Assembly: GCA_049455235.1 (NCBI GenBank)
Contig: JBMTZD010000002.1
Coordinates: 1,818-65,817, forward strand
Direction of reading: 5' to 3'
Origin: Steroidobacteraceae bacterium
Lineage (GTDB): Bacteria; Pseudomonadota; Gammaproteobacteria; Steroidobacterales; Steroidobacteraceae
DNA length: 64,000 nt
In this document: piece by piece, positions 1 to 7,467 of the stretch
Numbering within the stretch: the first letter of the stretch is position 1
Layout: every line of letters starts with the position of its first letter
Notes under the pieces: generated by a model
Told to the model about the DNA's origin: nothing
Database searches by the model: none
The model's input: only the letters and a program-made list of their open reading frames with translations
Position numbers and translations under genes: made by a program

Positions 1-2
1 CC

Positions 3-224
3 GTCATCGCTTGGGCTGAGTTCGCGGGCGGTCGGGTCAATTCCAAGCTGATCGCCCTTCAAAATGGCAAAGCGGGCGATTGGATCGAACTCGAAAATCC
101 GCAGAGTGGACGAAAACTCCGCGGCCGGGTGCAGGCGGACGGCTCGGTCCGACTGGGTAGTCAGCGATCGGTTAAGACAAGCTCGATCGCAAGCACTAAA
201 GTTCCCTCCTTGACGGTCGACTAG
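3..224 (+). CDS. flgA: FlgA (flagellar P-ring formation chaperone), C-terminal fragment; 5' end outside window
   Basis: Frame 3 is open from the window edge to TAG 222-224. Translation ...LIALQNGKAGDWIELENPQSGRKLRGRVQADGSVRLG fits the conserved FlgA C-terminal pattern (G-x-x-I-x-V/L-x-N-x-x-S-G-K/R-x-x-x-G-x-V-x-x-x-G). Lies directly upstream of flgM-flgN as in canonical flgAMN loci. Confidence 0.6.
   Translation, partial: VIAWAEFAGGRVNSKLIALQNGKAGDWIELENPQSGRKLRGRVQADGSVRLGSQRSVKTSSIASTKVPSLTVD
197..223 (+). promoter_or_regulatory. candidate sigma-28 (FliA) promoter for flgM-flgN inside the flgA 3' end
   Basis: TAAAG (197-201), 14-nt spacer, GTCGACTA (216-223) compared with the remembered consensus TAAAG-N14/15-GCCGATAA. 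Same architecture as the candidate upstream of motA (6602-6628). Partial match only. Confidence 0.3.
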
Positions 225-250
225 ACCGACATAGAAGTGGGTGAACCAAC

Positions 251-586
251 ATGACCATCGACAAAATCCAGCCGACTGCCCTCTCCGTTGCTCGTGAAGC
301 GAAAGCCGACGCGCTCGCTGCCCGTCAGCAACAAAATTCTGCTGTTCAGCAGCAGACCACTCAGCGCGCCGCTGACGTCACCGTATTGCCGGTCAAGGTC
401 TCGGCGGCCGCGAAGGAAATGGCGCAAGCCGTGCGACAGGTCGCCGGCGATGAAGCTTTCGACCAAAAGAAGGTCGATCGGATTCGCAAAGAAATTCTCG
501 AAGGTCGTTTTCCGATTGATCAGGAGCGACTCGCCCGCAAGTTCATGGAGCTGGAGAACGAGCTTGGCGAGTTAGGACGTTCATGA
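251..586 (+). CDS. flgM: anti-sigma-28 factor FlgM
   Basis: 111-aa ORF. C-terminal KVDRIRKEILEGRFPIDQERLARKFME matches the conserved FlgM sigma-28-binding region. ATGA overlap with the next flagellar ORF at 583-586. Confidence 0.85.
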   Translation: MTIDKIQPTALSVAREAKADALAARQQQNSAVQQQTTQRAADVTVLPVKVSAAAKEMAQAVRQVAGDEAFDQKKVDRIRKEILEGRFPIDQERLARKFMELENELGELGRS

Positions 587-1014
587 CCCCAAATCACACC
601 CCTTCCGACAACCTCGGTGACCTCGAGTCACTTTGCAAGAAAATCTGCCATCTCCTCGAAAAGGAACATGCAGTCTTGCGTAGCCGTAACGGGCTGATCG
701 GTGAGGGTGTGGAGGAGCTCGAGCAGCTCCACGCAGAAAAAGATCGCGATATCGAGACGTTGGAGCGTCTCAGTAAGAGTCTCGGCGCTATTGATCAATC
801 ACGCAGCAATCCCGAACGAGCGCAACATGTGCGCGAGCAAATCGAGCGCTGCAAAACTCTGCAAACGCGCAATCATCAAGTCTTCAGCCGCGTTGTCACC
901 GCGCAGCGTCGCATCATTTCTTTGTTGCGACAGCCCGACGACGATGTGAGCTTGTACGATCCGCGCGGTCGCAGCCGAGACTACACGTCGTTGCGACGCG
1001 CCGAACTCGCCTGA
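583..1014 (+). CDS. flgN: FlgN-family flagellar export chaperone
   Basis: 143-aa helical protein (LESLCKKICHLLEKEHAVLRSRN...EELEQLHAEKDRDIETLERL) translationally coupled to flgM. Position and size are typical of flgN. Confidence 0.6.
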   Translation: MTPNHTPSDNLGDLESLCKKICHLLEKEHAVLRSRNGLIGEGVEELEQLHAEKDRDIETLERLSKSLGAIDQSRSNPERAQHVREQIERCKTLQTRNHQVFSRVVTAQRRIISLLRQPDDDVSLYDPRGRSRDYTSLRRAELA

Positions 1015-1274
1015 TCGGGCTCTTTGCCCTGCATCCAATAAACCCAGGACAATACGACTGCGACGGCGAGATAAACGTCGCGCGGAATCGTCGTCCCCAC
1101 CGGTAGCTCAGCCAGTCTCGCCGCCAACGCCGGATCGCGCATCACGGGCACGCCTTGTCGTTCCGCCTCGGCCACGATCGAGCGCGCCAACTCGTCGTCA
1201 CCGCTTGCCACGATGAGAGGCACGGGGTTCTCTCCGTACTCGAGCGCAATAGCTTTATCGCCAGGCGGACTCAT
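981..1274 (-). CDS. stand-alone FlhB C-terminal-domain-like protein (EscU/YscU/HrcU-family export switch fragment)
   Basis: 97 aa. KAIALEYGENPVPLIVASGDDELARSIVAEAERQGVPVMRDPALAARL...IPRDVYLAVAVVLSWV aligns by eye to the post-NPTH part of FlhB (AVALxY..AP.VVAKG...A..I...A....VP..ED..LA..L.....IP..LY.AVAEVLA). ATGA overlap with the upstream FliK-like gene. Confidence 0.8.
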   Translation of the reverse strand: MSPPGDKAIALEYGENPVPLIVASGDDELARSIVAEAERQGVPVMRDPALAARLAELPVGTTIPRDVYLAVAVVLSWVYWMQGKEPDQASSARRNDV

Positions 1275-2491
1275 ACACGCACCGCACGAAGTTGCCCTGG
1301 CACTGCCGAGGGCGGTGCTTTCTCACCTCGCGGATCGAGCACGGTCCAGCGCGCGAGCTCGAGCCCAGCCTCCTCGAAGCGACGAGACAACTCCTGCCGC
1401 GCCGACTCCCAATGCGTCGCGCGATCGGCGCGCGGTGTCAGTAGGGTGACCGAGACACCGCTCGTACCGACCTGCTCCAAACGAATATCGATATTCCCTT
1501 CGGGCAATTCGATGCCAGAGAGCCGAATGCGCCATGGCGGCTCTTGATCCTCGCGCTGCTCGCCGCGCCCCCGCTCGTGACGTACTAATCGCGGATCCTG
1601 CTGAAAGACGATCCACCATGCGCCAAGCCCGTCAGGCGCCGGTAATACGAACGAGTAACAGCATCCGCCGGCTTGATGCGCGACGTTTGCTGCGCTCTGA
1701 AATCCCACGAGCTCATCTAATGCAGCCCAAGCGTCTTGAATCGACTGACCGACTGGCTGTCGGTAAATGGAATCGAGTAACTGTCGCTTAACATCAACCC
1801 CCGGAACACTACGCTTATCTTTGAGCTTCGATTCGTAGAAGAGACCCGAGTTGGCGAGCGAGATTGTCAGCGCTTGAACCCAGCCCGTGACTCCTCGCGA
1901 TAATCCAGAAGCAGCGCTTTCAGATACAAGACCGCCAGCAGCCGATGATGACGCCTCCATCGAACTGGCAGGATGCATCGGCGATAATCTCAAGAGCCAA
2001 TCAGCAAGGGCTCGCGGTGGTTCGAGCTTGGCAGCCAAAGATTGCACGCCCATGGCGGTTGGCGGCGTTTGACGTAATGTCGTCATGGTCGAAACGCCAT
2101 CCACCGAAGACGTCTCACCCCCGCCTGCCAGCGCGACCGTCATGTCGCGTACCACGGGGGGCGCGCCACCGATCCGCGCCATCGATCGACCCGCCAGCGG
2201 CAGCATCGGCACCAGCATCATCGAGCCTGCTGGGTCTCGTGACACCTGTAGCGATAACTGCGAGTTTTCCGTCACGCCCGGAATCGGTCGAGTGGAGAAA
2301 AAACGATCGCCGACTTTCAGAATCATCTCGTCGTTTTGATGGCGCACCGACGCTGACAGCAGCGATCCAGCCTGCCACGTCCCCGAGCCCGCGCCTGCAC
2401 TCGGCAACACAATCGCGCGATCGAGCGCCGGCACCAGATCGGTATCCGGTGGTACGGGTGCTTGAGGAGGTAGACCAACCGGGCTGAGCAT
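1271..2491 (-). CDS. FliK-like protein (flagellar hook-length control C-terminal domain)
   Basis: 406 aa with a Pro/Ala-rich N-terminal half. The C-terminus IRLSGIELPEGNIDIRLEQVGTSGVSVTLLTPRADRATHWESARQELSRRFEEAGLELARWTV fits the Flg_hook pattern (L.P..LG.v.v.l....g.v.v.f.a......le.....Lr..L...Gl.l). Confidence 0.55.
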   Translation of the reverse strand: MLSPVGLPPQAPVPPDTDLVPALDRAIVLPSAGAGSGTWQAGSLLSASVRHQNDEMILKVGDRFFSTRPIPGVTENSQLSLQVSRDPAGSMMLVPMLPLAGRSMARIGGAPPVVRDMTVALAGGGETSSVDGVSTMTTLRQTPPTAMGVQSLAAKLEPPRALADWLLRLSPMHPASSMEASSSAAGGLVSESAASGLSRGVTGWVQALTISLANSGLFYESKLKDKRSVPGVDVKRQLLDSIYRQPVGQSIQDAWAALDELVGFQSAANVAHQAGGCCYSFVLPAPDGLGAWWIVFQQDPRLVRHERGRGEQREDQEPPWRIRLSGIELPEGNIDIRLEQVGTSGVSVTLLTPRADRATHWESARQELSRRFEEAGLELARWTVLDPRGEKAPPSAVPGQLRAVRV

Positions 2492-2588
2492 CGCATTACC
2501 AGTCGCTGTCTGAGCTCAAAACTTGAGCGGGCGCGTAGCGGCTATACGCTGGAGTATAGTTCGATTATTCCGGTTTGGAGATTTTGCC

Positions 2589-3035
2589 ATGACAGGCTTC
2601 GGGCGTTGCTTGATTGCGGGGTTGATCGTCGTTGGACTATCCGAAATGGCCCTCGCATCCGATCCGCCACCGACTAAGACTGCCAACTCCGCGCAACCGA
2701 TAAAAACGCCCGATGCACGAACGCGAGCGATTCCGGAGCTTGTCTGCTCTGCCGATCGAATCATGACCATCGACAAACAGGCACTCGATTCGAAAATAAC
2801 CGATGAGCCGTTCCGTTTACGCTTGCGTGGTAATTTTCTCTACGCTGGTCGAGCTGTGGGCAGCGAGAAGTTCGTCAGCACGATCGCCCGTAACGATCGT
2901 CGCCGCTGGGTGACAGCGACCTCGACACTGATACTCGATGAAGAGCTTGTCGTCGGAACCCTAACCGACGTGACGGCGACGACGATTACGATTCGCCCAC
3001 TCATCTGTGAGCCCTTCGACAGCTCCAAGCGTTAG
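2589..3035 (+). CDS. hypothetical exported protein
   Basis: In-frame ATG at 2589 gives MTGFGRCLIAGLIVVGLSEMALA, a signal-peptide-like N-terminus. No recognisable domain. Confidence 0.45.
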   Translation: MTGFGRCLIAGLIVVGLSEMALASDPPPTKTANSAQPIKTPDARTRAIPELVCSADRIMTIDKQALDSKITDEPFRLRLRGNFLYAGRAVGSEKFVSTIARNDRRRWVTATSTLILDEELVVGTLTDVTATTITIRPLICEPFDSSKR

Positions 3036-3047
3036 GCGAGCATTCAC

Positions 3048-5072
3048 GTGCAACGCAGAGTCTCTCTTAGCTCGCCTGGCATCACCGCATTATTGATCGC
3101 GACCCTACTGACGGCCTGTGGCGGTGGTGGTGGGTCGAGCTCAGGCGGTGATAGCTCGCAGCCGCCGGTCAGCGAAGCGCCCATTCAGAATGGCAATTGG
3201 GTCGACATCGCCATCGGCGGCTTGAGCTACGTCTCAGGCAACATCAACGGTACGACGAGTGGTGGCGGCGGATACACCTATCGATGTCCGAGTGGTTGCG
3301 ACAGCATTCGCTTTTCCATCGGTGGCATCACCATTGGTCAGGCCACGGCAGCCGTCGCTCTCACCTTGCGTGAATTACAAGGCGGGATGGAGGGTGGCGT
3401 GCTATCGAATGTCACGCTACGTCGCGGTCAGTTTCTGTTCGCGCTCGATAACGACGCAGATGTCTCCAACGGAATATCGATTCCAGCAGAGGTTGCCAAC
3501 GTTCTCGCGACGCGCAGCTTGAACTACTCGTCATCGACGTTCGATACCGATCTCGCTGCGATTCTCGATTTGTTGCGTAGCGATACGCGCTTGACGGCTA
3601 GCTACCGCGCCGCGATTGCCACACCAACGACGGACTTCGTGCGAGCGATGTTAGAGCAAGGCGAAGCGATTGCTCGCGGTGTCTTCGTCGAAACGCCAAC
3701 GAGTGCAGGTGATGTCAACGAGGTGCGCAAGCATGTGGTGAAGCTTCCTGATAGCGCGCTGGCGCCCTACTTCGGCACGAGCACTGCGATCGGAGCTGCC
3801 TTCGTCAAAGGAATCAAACCGGCCCTAGGCGGCGGTATCGCCATCGTCCCCGGTTCAATCAATGGCACGAACCTCGAGTTTCGCGCCGTGAGCTCGCGCG
3901 GAATCACCGTGGCGGCACCCCGTTATTTTGATGGCGCGGATGTACGTGACGCCACCGTGATCGTCACGGCAGAGCCGAACGCCCTGCCTTCGGTGGGTCA
4001 ATTTTCACTTGGCTCAACAATCGCCGAGCTCAAATCGTTGACGACACTGAAAACCAGCGCCAACGAGAACTTCTCAGGTCGCCCGGTTCCACTTGGCGCG
4101 TCCGGGAGCGATGGCGCGCGCAATCTCGACGAATCTTTGAAGCCACGCAATCCGGAGTTCGATCAACTGGGACTGGATCCGGCAGGGCTTACCATCGCCG
4201 CTGACGGAACCAACTGGATCTGTGATCGCCGCGGTCCCTTCCTCATGCAAATCGATGCTCAAAATCGCACGACGCTGCGCTTGGGGCCTGCCGGTAATGC
4301 GGGGTTATTACCAGGTGTGACACGAAGCTTGCCGAGCATTCTCGAATCGAGACAAGCAGGCCTCGGCTGCGGAGGGCTCGCGATTCGAGCAACCTCCGGC
4401 GAAGTCGTCATGGCCGTTGGAGCCGTACTCGATGTCGGCGGACGTACCGCCAATACCGCCTCGCTAGTACGCCTCGTGACCTTCAACCCCCGCTCCAATG
4501 TGACGCGCCAATTTGCCTTGCCGATCGCGGCCAATGAAATCTCGCTACAGGTTCTAGATCTGGACTCTTTGAACGAGGATCGATTACTTGCGCTCGTCCG
4601 TTATCGACCCGGTAACGTCGAAGCTGCCTGGGAGTGGGACGTTCGAGTAGTCGACTTGAGCGGCGCGACTGATCTCACGAATCGAGTGCTAACGAGTGGC
4701 CCAAGCTCAGGTCTTGCGCTGGAATATGGCACGCGAGCAGCTGTCGAAGCGAGCGGAGTCAAACTGGCCTCGATGACTCGTGTATTGAGTTTGCGCCCAT
4801 TGGGCTGGCGACTCGAACGACCCGAGGGTCTTGCCCGCATCGACAATCAAACACTGCTCATCATGGCCGAGGTCAACGGTGGCGTCACTAGCCGCATTCG
4901 TGGCGGCGACCCCGCGTTGAGCGTAGAGCAACATCAGGTGGATCGTAACGGCCTCATCACGCCGCGCGCGAGCCCGTCAAGCGCAGCACCGATCTATGAA
5001 ATCGTACCGGCCTCGGCTGATCAGCGACAGCTGATCCTCTGGAACGTCAAGCTTAAGACGGCACTCAACTGA
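3048..5072 (+). CDS. lipoprotein, possibly with a C-terminal phytase-like (esterase-like) domain
   Basis: GTG start. Lipobox LLTAC followed by a GGGGGSSSGGDS linker. The C-terminal region contains RPEGLARID...LLIMAEVNGG, reminiscent of phytase-like esterase domains (weak). Confidence 0.6.
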   Translation: MQRRVSLSSPGITALLIATLLTACGGGGGSSSGGDSSQPPVSEAPIQNGNWVDIAIGGLSYVSGNINGTTSGGGGYTYRCPSGCDSIRFSIGGITIGQATAAVALTLRELQGGMEGGVLSNVTLRRGQFLFALDNDADVSNGISIPAEVANVLATRSLNYSSSTFDTDLAAILDLLRSDTRLTASYRAAIATPTTDFVRAMLEQGEAIARGVFVETPTSAGDVNEVRKHVVKLPDSALAPYFGTSTAIGAAFVKGIKPALGGGIAIVPGSINGTNLEFRAVSSRGITVAAPRYFDGADVRDATVIVTAEPNALPSVGQFSLGSTIAELKSLTTLKTSANENFSGRPVPLGASGSDGARNLDESLKPRNPEFDQLGLDPAGLTIAADGTNWICDRRGPFLMQIDAQNRTTLRLGPAGNAGLLPGVTRSLPSILESRQAGLGCGGLAIRATSGEVVMAVGAVLDVGGRTANTASLVRLVTFNPRSNVTRQFALPIAANEISLQVLDLDSLNEDRLLALVRYRPGNVEAAWEWDVRVVDLSGATDLTNRVLTSGPSSGLALEYGTRAAVEASGVKLASMTRVLSLRPLGWRLERPEGLARIDNQTLLIMAEVNGGVTSRIRGGDPALSVEQHQVDRNGLITPRASPSSAAPIYEIVPASADQRQLILWNVKLKTALN

Positions 5073-5769
5073 TCAAACAGGCTTGTCCTGCAGCCTGCAG
5101 CGTACGACAGAGTTTTTCGGCGTCAGCGCGCGTCGCCACGCCGGCTCTCAACAAATGCAAACCGGTGTCGCCCTTACCGCTACGTCGATATACGGGCTGC
5201 AGTTCTCGCAGCGCCGCATGACGTGACTGCAACTCGCGCCAGGCTTTTTGCGCGCCCTCGGCACTCGAGAACGCCCCGAGCTGCACATAAATCTTCGGTG
5301 CAGGCGGTGACGGGGGCGTCTTAGCAGGAGCGGTCGCGGCAGGGATGATCGGCGCGGGCGCTGCCTCTACCGGCGCTGCCTCTACCGGCACTGCTTCTAC
5401 CGGCACTGCCTCCACTGGCGCTGCTGCCACTGGGGATGTCTCGAGAGACAACGCGTTAACCCGTTCTTTGGCCTTTCCAGCCCATAACCCTTCGGGATGT
5501 TTCTCGAGATATTCGCGATAACCCTCGCTGGTATCGAGGTTGCGGGCAACAGACCAATCTCGCTCTGCCAGTAAGGCTTCGCGTCGAGTACGAGCCTCCG
5601 CCGCGTGCGAGCTTCGAGGATGACGCTCCTGATATGAGGCATAGCCATCTGGTGTATCGAGTCGTCGAGCTTCTTCCCAGGCCGCATCCGGACGGGCGCA
5701 AGCTGCTATCGAGAGCGCGAGGGAAGCGCACCACAGCACGCGAGCGATGAGGATCCGTTGTTCAGCCAC
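5065..5769 (-). CDS. SPOR-domain lipoprotein (peptidoglycan-binding)
   Basis: C-terminal IYVQLGAFSSAEGAQKAWRELQ...LLRAGVATRADAEKLCRTLQAAGQACLI is a SPOR domain. Lipobox LSIAAC. The ORF track extends to 5805, but the in-frame GTG at 5769 overlaps the stop of the upstream ORF (GTGGCTGA) and leaves a clean signal peptide. Contains the (PVEAx)n repeat. Confidence 0.75.
   Translation of the reverse strand: MAEQRILIARVLWCASLALSIAACARPDAAWEEARRLDTPDGYASYQERHPRSSHAAEARTRREALLAERDWSVARNLDTSEGYREYLEKHPEGLWAGKAKERVNALSLETSPVAAAPVEAVPVEAVPVEAAPVEAAPAPIIPAATAPAKTPPSPPAPKIYVQLGAFSSAEGAQKAWRELQSRHAALRELQPVYRRSGKGDTGLHLLRAGVATRADAEKLCRTLQAAGQACLIS
5358..5432. repeat. 5 tandem copies of a 15-bp unit (gcgctgcctctaccg and variants) inside the SPOR gene
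   Basis: Units at 5358-5372 and 5373-5387 are identical. Units at 5388-5402, 5403-5417 and 5418-5432 are diverged. The repeat encodes the PVEAVPVEAVPVEAAPVEAAP linker. Confidence 0.85.
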
Positions 5770-5995
5770 GATAGTGATCCCAGAGTTTGTAGAGAAACAA
5801 TCCACCGAGCGCGACTAAAATCATTCCCGGGACGGTGTAACGATCGGTATCGGTTGCCCAGGAAAACCACTCCGGATTGAACCGCCACAATGCGAGAACG
5901 CCGACGACCAAGAAAACATGTACGCGAATCAACTTGCAGATCCGACAGGCCACTCTCGGTTTACCGTCTTGATTAGAACCGCCAAAAAAGCTCAC
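5762..5995 (-). CDS. small membrane protein, unknown function
   Basis: 77 aa with two hydrophobic segments (VHVFLVVGVLALW, GMILVALGGLFLY). GTGA overlap with the DUF1566 gene upstream and overlap with the SPOR gene downstream. Confidence 0.5.
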   Translation of the reverse strand: MSFFGGSNQDGKPRVACRICKLIRVHVFLVVGVLALWRFNPEWFSWATDTDRYTVPGMILVALGGLFLYKLWDHYRG

Positions 5996-6525
5996 GGTGG
6001 ACTCACCTTGCGCACCGGCGTTAAATCTTTGACGAGGCGGACGTATCGGGCCATGTTCGGCGCATTACGACCGAACGTATAGCCCGTATAGAAATTGACT
6101 GTCCAATATCGCCCCACGGACCAGCGATTTTTGGTTGCGCTCCAATAGGGCGCTGCGGCGGTGTTCGGATAGAGGCGTCGGTCGATCTTCGGCGGCTCGC
6201 AATCCATGCAGACCAAGGACTTCAACTCATCCACGCTCGGCAAGCGCCAGTTACCTCCGAGCTCTTTGTTAGCGAGTGCGACTGCCTGCATTGCCTCGTC
6301 GAGACTCAACATTCGAGGGTTACCAATACAGGTAAAGCCGTTCCAGACCTGGCCTACCGAGCAGCGCAACCACTCGAGACCAGCCTCCCGATCGCGAATG
6401 GTGAATTGCTTGAGTTGGATTGCCGTCGGCTCAGTCTGAGTGGTCTGAGCGGTCTGAGCCACGACAGGCCCGGCGAGCGACAGCCCCGCCAGAAGACCCA
6501 CCAACCGTACCTTGAAACTGCTCAT
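5992..6525 (-). CDS. DUF1566 (Lcl C-terminal domain) exported protein
   Basis: Signal peptide LLAGLSLAGPVVA. GLEWLRCSVGQ...WRLPSVDELKSL...YWSAT...ARYVRLV matches the DUF1566 pattern (W.LP...EL.SL ... YWSS ... vR.Vr). Confidence 0.75.
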   Translation of the reverse strand: MSSFKVRLVGLLAGLSLAGPVVAQTAQTTQTEPTAIQLKQFTIRDREAGLEWLRCSVGQVWNGFTCIGNPRMLSLDEAMQAVALANKELGGNWRLPSVDELKSLVCMDCEPPKIDRRLYPNTAAAPYWSATKNRWSVGRYWTVNFYTGYTFGRNAPNMARYVRLVKDLTPVRKVSPP

Positions 6526-6601
6526 ATCCCGACTAGTCGTCCGATCGTGTCGTTACTTGGGAGTATCCACCAAGTGGACGATAAATTACCATTTTGGAGT
6601 A

Positions 6602-6628
6602 TAACGAAATCGTAACTCGTGCCGACTA
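6602..6628 (+). promoter_or_regulatory. candidate sigma-28 (FliA) promoter for the stator operon
   Basis: TAACG (6602-6606), 14-nt spacer, GCCGACTA (6621-6628), about 60 nt upstream of the motA start. Partial match to TAAAG-N14/15-GCCGATAA. Confidence 0.35.
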
Positions 6629-6687
6629 CACCCAGCACGTGGTGAACACCGCGTCATGATCGCACCACATCATGGAGATGATTCGAG

Positions 6688-7455
6688 ATGGATATTGCAA
6701 CGCTGATTGGCATGGCCGGCGCCGTCGGTCTGATCATTTGGGCGATGGCCTCGGGAGGCGACCTCGGTGCCTTCGCGGACGTCCCTTCCCTGATCATCGT
6801 CGTTGGCGGCACGATCTTCGTCGTGCTCTCGCGTCATACGCTGCCGGAGTTCATCGGTCACTTGGGCGGCGCCGTAAAGGCCTTCATGCCGAAGTCGCAA
6901 AAACTCGAAAGCTTGATCGAGTTGATGCCAGAGCTTGGCACCTTGGCGCGCCGTGAAGGCATGCTCGCTCTCGAACCGAAAGCATCGGAGGCGCAGGAGC
7001 GTTTTCTGAAAGCCGGCTTGATGTTGCTCGTCGACGGAACAGACGAAGGTAATCTCACCAGCCGCTTGCGGACCGAGATGGACGCCATGGATCGGCGCCA
7101 CAACGCCATCATCGCAGCGTGGCAAGGCTGGGTCGACGTGGCACCTGCCATGGGCATGATCGGGACGCTCGTGGGTCTCGTGCAGATGCTCGGTAACATG
7201 TCGGATCCAAAGGCGATCGGCCCTGCAATGGCCATCGCACTGCTGACGACGCTTTACGGCGCCTTCATCGCCAACGTAGTCGGTGGCCCAATCGTTAACA
7301 AACTCAAGATCTATCACGGCGAAGAGATGATCTATCGCGAAGCGGTTTTGTCGGGTCTGCAAGGCATCGCTCGCGGTGACAATCCGCGTCTCATAGGTGA
7401 TTCGATCATGGCTCTGCTGCCGCCCGCGGTGCAGGCCAAGCTCGTCAAAGCCTGA
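6688..7455 (+). CDS. motA: flagellar stator protein MotA (PomA/MotC-like)
   Basis: 255 aa with four TM segments. MDIATLIGMAGAVGLIIWAM... and ...IGPAMAIALLTTLYGAFIANVV are typical MotA/PomA plug and channel regions. Confidence 0.9.
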   Translation: MDIATLIGMAGAVGLIIWAMASGGDLGAFADVPSLIIVVGGTIFVVLSRHTLPEFIGHLGGAVKAFMPKSQKLESLIELMPELGTLARREGMLALEPKASEAQERFLKAGLMLLVDGTDEGNLTSRLRTEMDAMDRRHNAIIAAWQGWVDVAPAMGMIGTLVGLVQMLGNMSDPKAIGPAMAIALLTTLYGAFIANVVGGPIVNKLKIYHGEEMIYREAVLSGLQGIARGDNPRLIGDSIMALLPPAVQAKLVKA

Positions 7456-7467
7456 TAGCTAGCGACG

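Noticed and set aside
6428-6456. Three roughly 9-bp repeats (gtctgag core) in the DUF1566 gene.
   Set aside because: They merely encode the short AQTAQTTQT linker after the signal peptide. They are too short and degenerate to count as a meaningful repeat element.
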